This document shows positions 60,103 to 64,000 of a DNA stretch of 64,000 bases, in pieces. The position numbers and the translations under genes were made by a program. Under the pieces are notes generated by a model. It was not told where the DNA came from, did not search any database, and saw only the letters and a list, made by a program, of their open reading frames with translations. Each line of letters begins with the position of its first letter. Within the stretch, counting starts at the first letter, position 1. The stretch is from Blastocladiella emersonii ATCC 22665 (lineage: Eukaryota; Fungi; Blastocladiomycota), in NCBI GenBank assembly GCA_025594325.1, contig JANHCV010000009.1, positions 248,001 through 312,000 of the forward strand, in the 5' to 3' direction.

Positions 60103-62022
60103 ATGAAGCTTAGGAAACCCGGTGCAACGCGCGCGGGCATCTCGCCCGCCGCCCCCTCCGCGCCGCCGCCGAAGCGCGCGCCGCTTCACCCGCACACCCT
60201 CCCCGCCTCGCCCGCGTGGATCCTCGCCGCCACCTTACTCCTTGCAATCCGCATCCTCGGCGCCGTGTCCAGCCCAATCACCGACTGCGACGAGACCTTC
60301 AACTACTGGGAGCCGACGCACCTGCTGACGGCGCGGACCCACGCGCTGCAGACGTGGGAGTACGCGCCGCAGTTCGCGCTGCGGTCGTGGGCGTACCTGC
60401 TGCCGCACGCGGGCGTGGCGCGCGCCGTGGTCGCGCTGGGCGGGTCGCGGTTCGACGCGTTCGTTGCGGTACGCCTCGTGCTGGCGCTCGCGAGTGCTGC
60501 GGCGGAGCTCGCGCTGGCGCGCGCGGTCGTGCATCTCGCGGCGCTGCGGAAGCCGCGCGGGTTTCCCGCCGAGGGGCTCGGGACGGCGCTTGTCTTGGTG
60601 CTTGCGACGGCGCCGGGGATGTTCCACTCGGCTCCTGGTACGCTCACATAATGCCCACTGCAGCCCCATTCTAACGCGCGCACCGTGTAGCCCACCTCCC
60701 GTCCTCCTTTGCCATGGTCTGCACGACGTGGGCGCTGACAGGCTGGGCGCGCTCCGAGTACCAGCACTATCTCGGACCCGGCCCGCCGCCATCACGCGAC
60801 ACGCCGGTCCCGCCGCCGACGCAGGCCTCGCTGACGCCGCCCGCGAGCGCGCTCGTGATCGGCGCAGTCGCGACGGGCTCGCTGCTCGGGTGGCCGTTCG
60901 CCGCGGTGCTTGGCGTCCCGTACGCGCTGAGCACCGTGTCCGCGAGCTGGGCGCACTTTGCGCACTTCCTACGTCTCTCCGCCATCTTCGCTGCGGTCCT
61001 GCTCATCCCGGCGTTCGCGATCGACTCGTACCTGTACTCCCGCCCGGTCCTCGCCTTCGCGAACCAGGTGCTGTACAACGTGCTGCGCAACGAGTCGGCG
61101 CGGTACGGCGTGGAGCCGTGGCACTACTACGCCAAGAACCTGGCGCTCAACTGGACGCTCGGCGTGCCGCTCGCCCTGCTCGCCATCTTCTGGACGACGC
61201 AGCGCCGCCGCGCGCTCGTCGCCACGGAACGCGGGCCCGCGGCGATGCTGATCCTGTGGCTCGCGATCTTCGCGATGCAGCCGCACAAGGAGGAGCGGTT
61301 CCTGGCGCCCGTGTACCCGGCGCTCGCGGTGCTGGCCGCGCACGGCGTGGTCGCGCTCCCGCGTAACTGGCTCCGCGTCGCGGCGGTCGCGGCGATGGCG
61401 GGGCTCGGCGCGATGCGGATCAGCGCGCTCATACACTACTACGGCGCGCCGGTGCACCTCGACGTGTCGCGGGTGCCCGTGTACGGCGAGGTGGGCGAGG
61501 ACGCGAACGTGTGTCTCGGCAACGACTGGTTCCTCGCGCCGGGGCACTTTTTGTTGCCGGACGCCGCGCGGCTCAAGTTTGTGAAGCAGGGGTTCACGGG
61601 TCATCTCCCCGCCGAGTTTGCGACGACCGACGCCGGGTCGCTGCGCGAGGTCACGGCGCGGGTCGGGCACGCGGGGTTCAATGACCGCAACGAGATGGAC
61701 AAGTCGCGCTTCGTACGTCCTTTGACCCTCCCCTCGCTTCCGGCCACTAACCGTCTTTCGCCCAACATAGATCCCGGCCGACTCGTGCGACTACATCCTG
61801 GGCCGCGACCCGGTCCTCCCCCTCTCCTCTTCCACCTCCGCCTCCGCGGCCCCGCTCGTGTGCGAGCGCATGCTCGCCGCAGACCGCACCCCCGTCTGGG
61901 CGCGCGTCCTGTACCTCCCCTTCTCCCTCCTGACGCCGTACCAGGCGTGGGACGAGTACTGCCTGTTGCAGGTACTCCGGCCGGGCGAGACGGTGCAGTT
62001 CGCGTCCATCTTCGATCTGTAG
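60103..62022 (+). CDS. ALG9: Dol-P-Man alpha-1,2-mannosyltransferase ALG9 (introns near 60638-60689, 61714-61769)
   Basis: ITDCDETFNYWEP, QTWEYAPQFALRSWAY, GWPFA, EPWHYY, QPHKEERFLAPVYP, VCLGNDW. Confidence 0.95.
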
Positions 62023-62054
62023 TTATGTACAATGTATGCAATTGCGAGCGGGCA

Positions 62055-64000
62055 TCACTGGAACAGCACGTTGGCGCGCTGCATCGGCGACTCGGGCGAG
62101 GACTCGTCGTCATCGCTATCGCTTTCAGGCGCCTCAACGGGCGCTGCTACGACAGCCGGTGCGGGCGGAGGCGGAGCAACCACGCGCCGCCGTACCGTGA
62201 CCTCGAGCCCGTCGTCCGAGTCCGAGTCCGGGTCCTCGCTGCTCGACTCGGCCACGCCACCGGGGTACAGATACGACCCGCGCGGCGGCCCTTCATCCGC
62301 CGCGTCCATCCCGTCCGTCGTCGCAGCCGCGTCGTCGTCAGCGCCGTGCGGGGGAGACGTGCCGCCGCCGCCGCCACCGCCGCTGCCGAGCGAGTGGCGC
62401 CGGTGCACGCTGAGCGGGCCGCCGCGCGGCGCACGGCGGCGGCGGTGACGTGGCGGGAGCGGGCGGCGGGCGACCGGGGTCACGTCCGCGTCGTCGTCCT
62501 CGTCGCTCGTGGTCGGCGAGCTCGACGACGACAGCGGTTCCTCGTCCTCGCCCTCGACATCCGCTGGTACCGCCGCCGTCGTGAGAAGGCCAGGCGACGA
62601 CCCGCCCGCGCCGGGCGCGGACCCAAGCTTGCCGTGCTGCAACCCGGCGATCGACGCGGACGACGACGGCGACGAGAACGTCCCCGCGGCGCGCGCCCCG
62701 CCGCCGCCTCCGCTCGGCCCATGCGACGATGGCGGGGACGGCGGCGAGGGCAGCCGGTGCGCGTGCTGGCTGTGGAGGTACGCGCCCGAGAGGTGGACGG
62801 CGGACTTGACGCGGAGCTGTTTCGGGCCGTGGTGCTGCTGCTGTACTGCGGCCGCGGGCGCGCCCGCCGACATGCCCCATCCGGCGGGGACGAGGCCGCG
62901 GAGCGTAGCGACGGCCGAAGGCGACGGCTGCGTCGTCGTGAGCGGGCCGGCGGACGCGGGGCTCTGGTGGGCGATGCGGACGGGCTGGAGGGCGAGCGCG
63001 GGCGGCGGCGCGGTGGCGGCGGGGGTGCTGAGCGAGCGCAGGCGGCAGCGGTAGAGCATCTCGTCGAGGGCCATTTCGACCTGGAGGTGGTTCTGCATGA
63101 TGGAGATCTTGGGCCAGGTGGCGCGCTCGCCTTTGAGGGTAGCCTCGATCATAGACTTGGGGGTCGGGTTGGTCAGGATGCCGAGGTAGTCGGCGACGCC
63201 GATCTCGGGGATGATGGTGATATCGCCCATGTACCGCTGCGAGACGATGGACTGGACGCGGTACAGGAGCTCGGGGAGGAGGCCGAGCTCGCGCAGCTGG
63301 TTGCACCGGAGGTTGAACTCGGACCGCGAGAAGCTGAGGACGGCTTCGCATGCGGACCGGAGCCCCGATTTGGCGAGCGATTTCGAGAGGAAGGGCACGA
63401 CGTGCGGGTTCACCTGGCACACGATGAAGTGGTTCACGTTGAACAGCTCGCTCAGCTTCTGCATCGGCAGGTCCGACTCGACCGACCCGTCGATCCACCG
63501 GTGGCCCGACGGGTTCCACTGCACGGGGCGGCCCGACCGGTCCTTGGCGAGGAGCGGCGCCGGCTTGAAGACGTATGGCACCGAGCACGACGCGGCCACG
63601 GCCGACCAGACGTACTACGCAGCGGGGAGGCGCGGGTGGTGAGCGCGGACGTGTTATGGAGAGAGCGGGGCTCACGTACGACGTTGGGCGCGGTAATGTA
63701 GTTGAGCAGGCGCGGCATCTCGTAGACGGTCGAGGAGCTGACGGTGATGTTGAGGATGCGTCGCGTGCGGTTGAACGACTCCTACACGCGCCGAGCGCGG
63801 TCAGCGTGGCCGCGCAACGAGGGTACGGGGAGGGAAGCGTGCCTGGAAGGTGATGTCGCCGAACATGGCCTTGACCGTGTTGATGAGGGTCTCGACGTCG
63901 AACAGGACACCTGGTTGCGGGTCATAGTCAGTCATCAATCGAATGAGCAGCGGCGAGTAAGAGGGACGACGTACCGCTCTTGAGGAAGCGGTTGAGGACG
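62055..64000 (-). CDS. Patatin-domain triacylglycerol lipase (TGL3/4/5-like), 3' part; runs off the window's right end
   Basis: RLLNYITAPNV|VVWSAVAASCSVP, WIDGSVESDLPMQKLSELFNVNHFIVCQVNPHVVPF, GDITIIP, GERATWPKI. Confidence 0.93.

Noticed and set aside
61800-61860. Possible frameshift in the last ALG9 exon
   Set aside because: Counting the C run shows the frame is intact (VLPLSSSTSASAAPLVCERML)
60714-63701. 995-aa ORF appearing to fuse ALG9 to a long extension
   Set aside because: Reads through an ALG9 intron (about 61714-61769) into the antisense of the lipase; the spliced ALG9 ends at TAG 62022

Overview
GC-rich, intron-containing eukaryotic (fungal) DNA; the short GTRCG…YAG introns and gene content suggest an early-diverging zoosporic fungus, possibly Blastocladiomycota (inference). 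Conserved genes: tubulin cofactor D (partial), MFS sugar transporter, inositol monophosphatase, ATG7, METTL21-type methyltransferase, SPX-EXS (XPR1/SYG1), SRP54, GCNA/SprT protease, homeobox, ALG9 and a patatin TAG lipase (partial). Two visibly less GC-rich accessory islands interrupt them. The ~19-32 kb island holds a degenerate Arf-like pseudo-GTPase, a MULE with 95-bp TIRs and an 8-bp TSD, a metacaspase with both catalytic residues replaced and an acidic Ca-loop-like tail, and a decaying tandem array of 3-4 LRR genes. The ~52-60 kb island holds F-box-like pseudogenes and a tandem-duplicated BTB/MATH-like gene with a breakpoint in the ALG9 start. Other highlights are a SHANK-like SPN-ankyrin protein with an FH1-like tail, a Gly/His (GGNVHH)x7 protein, and a 493-nt AG-free stretch defining a candidate in-frame distant-branchpoint intron in the homeobox gene. 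All calls come from motif recognition by eye; no searches were run. No rRNA, tRNA or CRISPR was seen.
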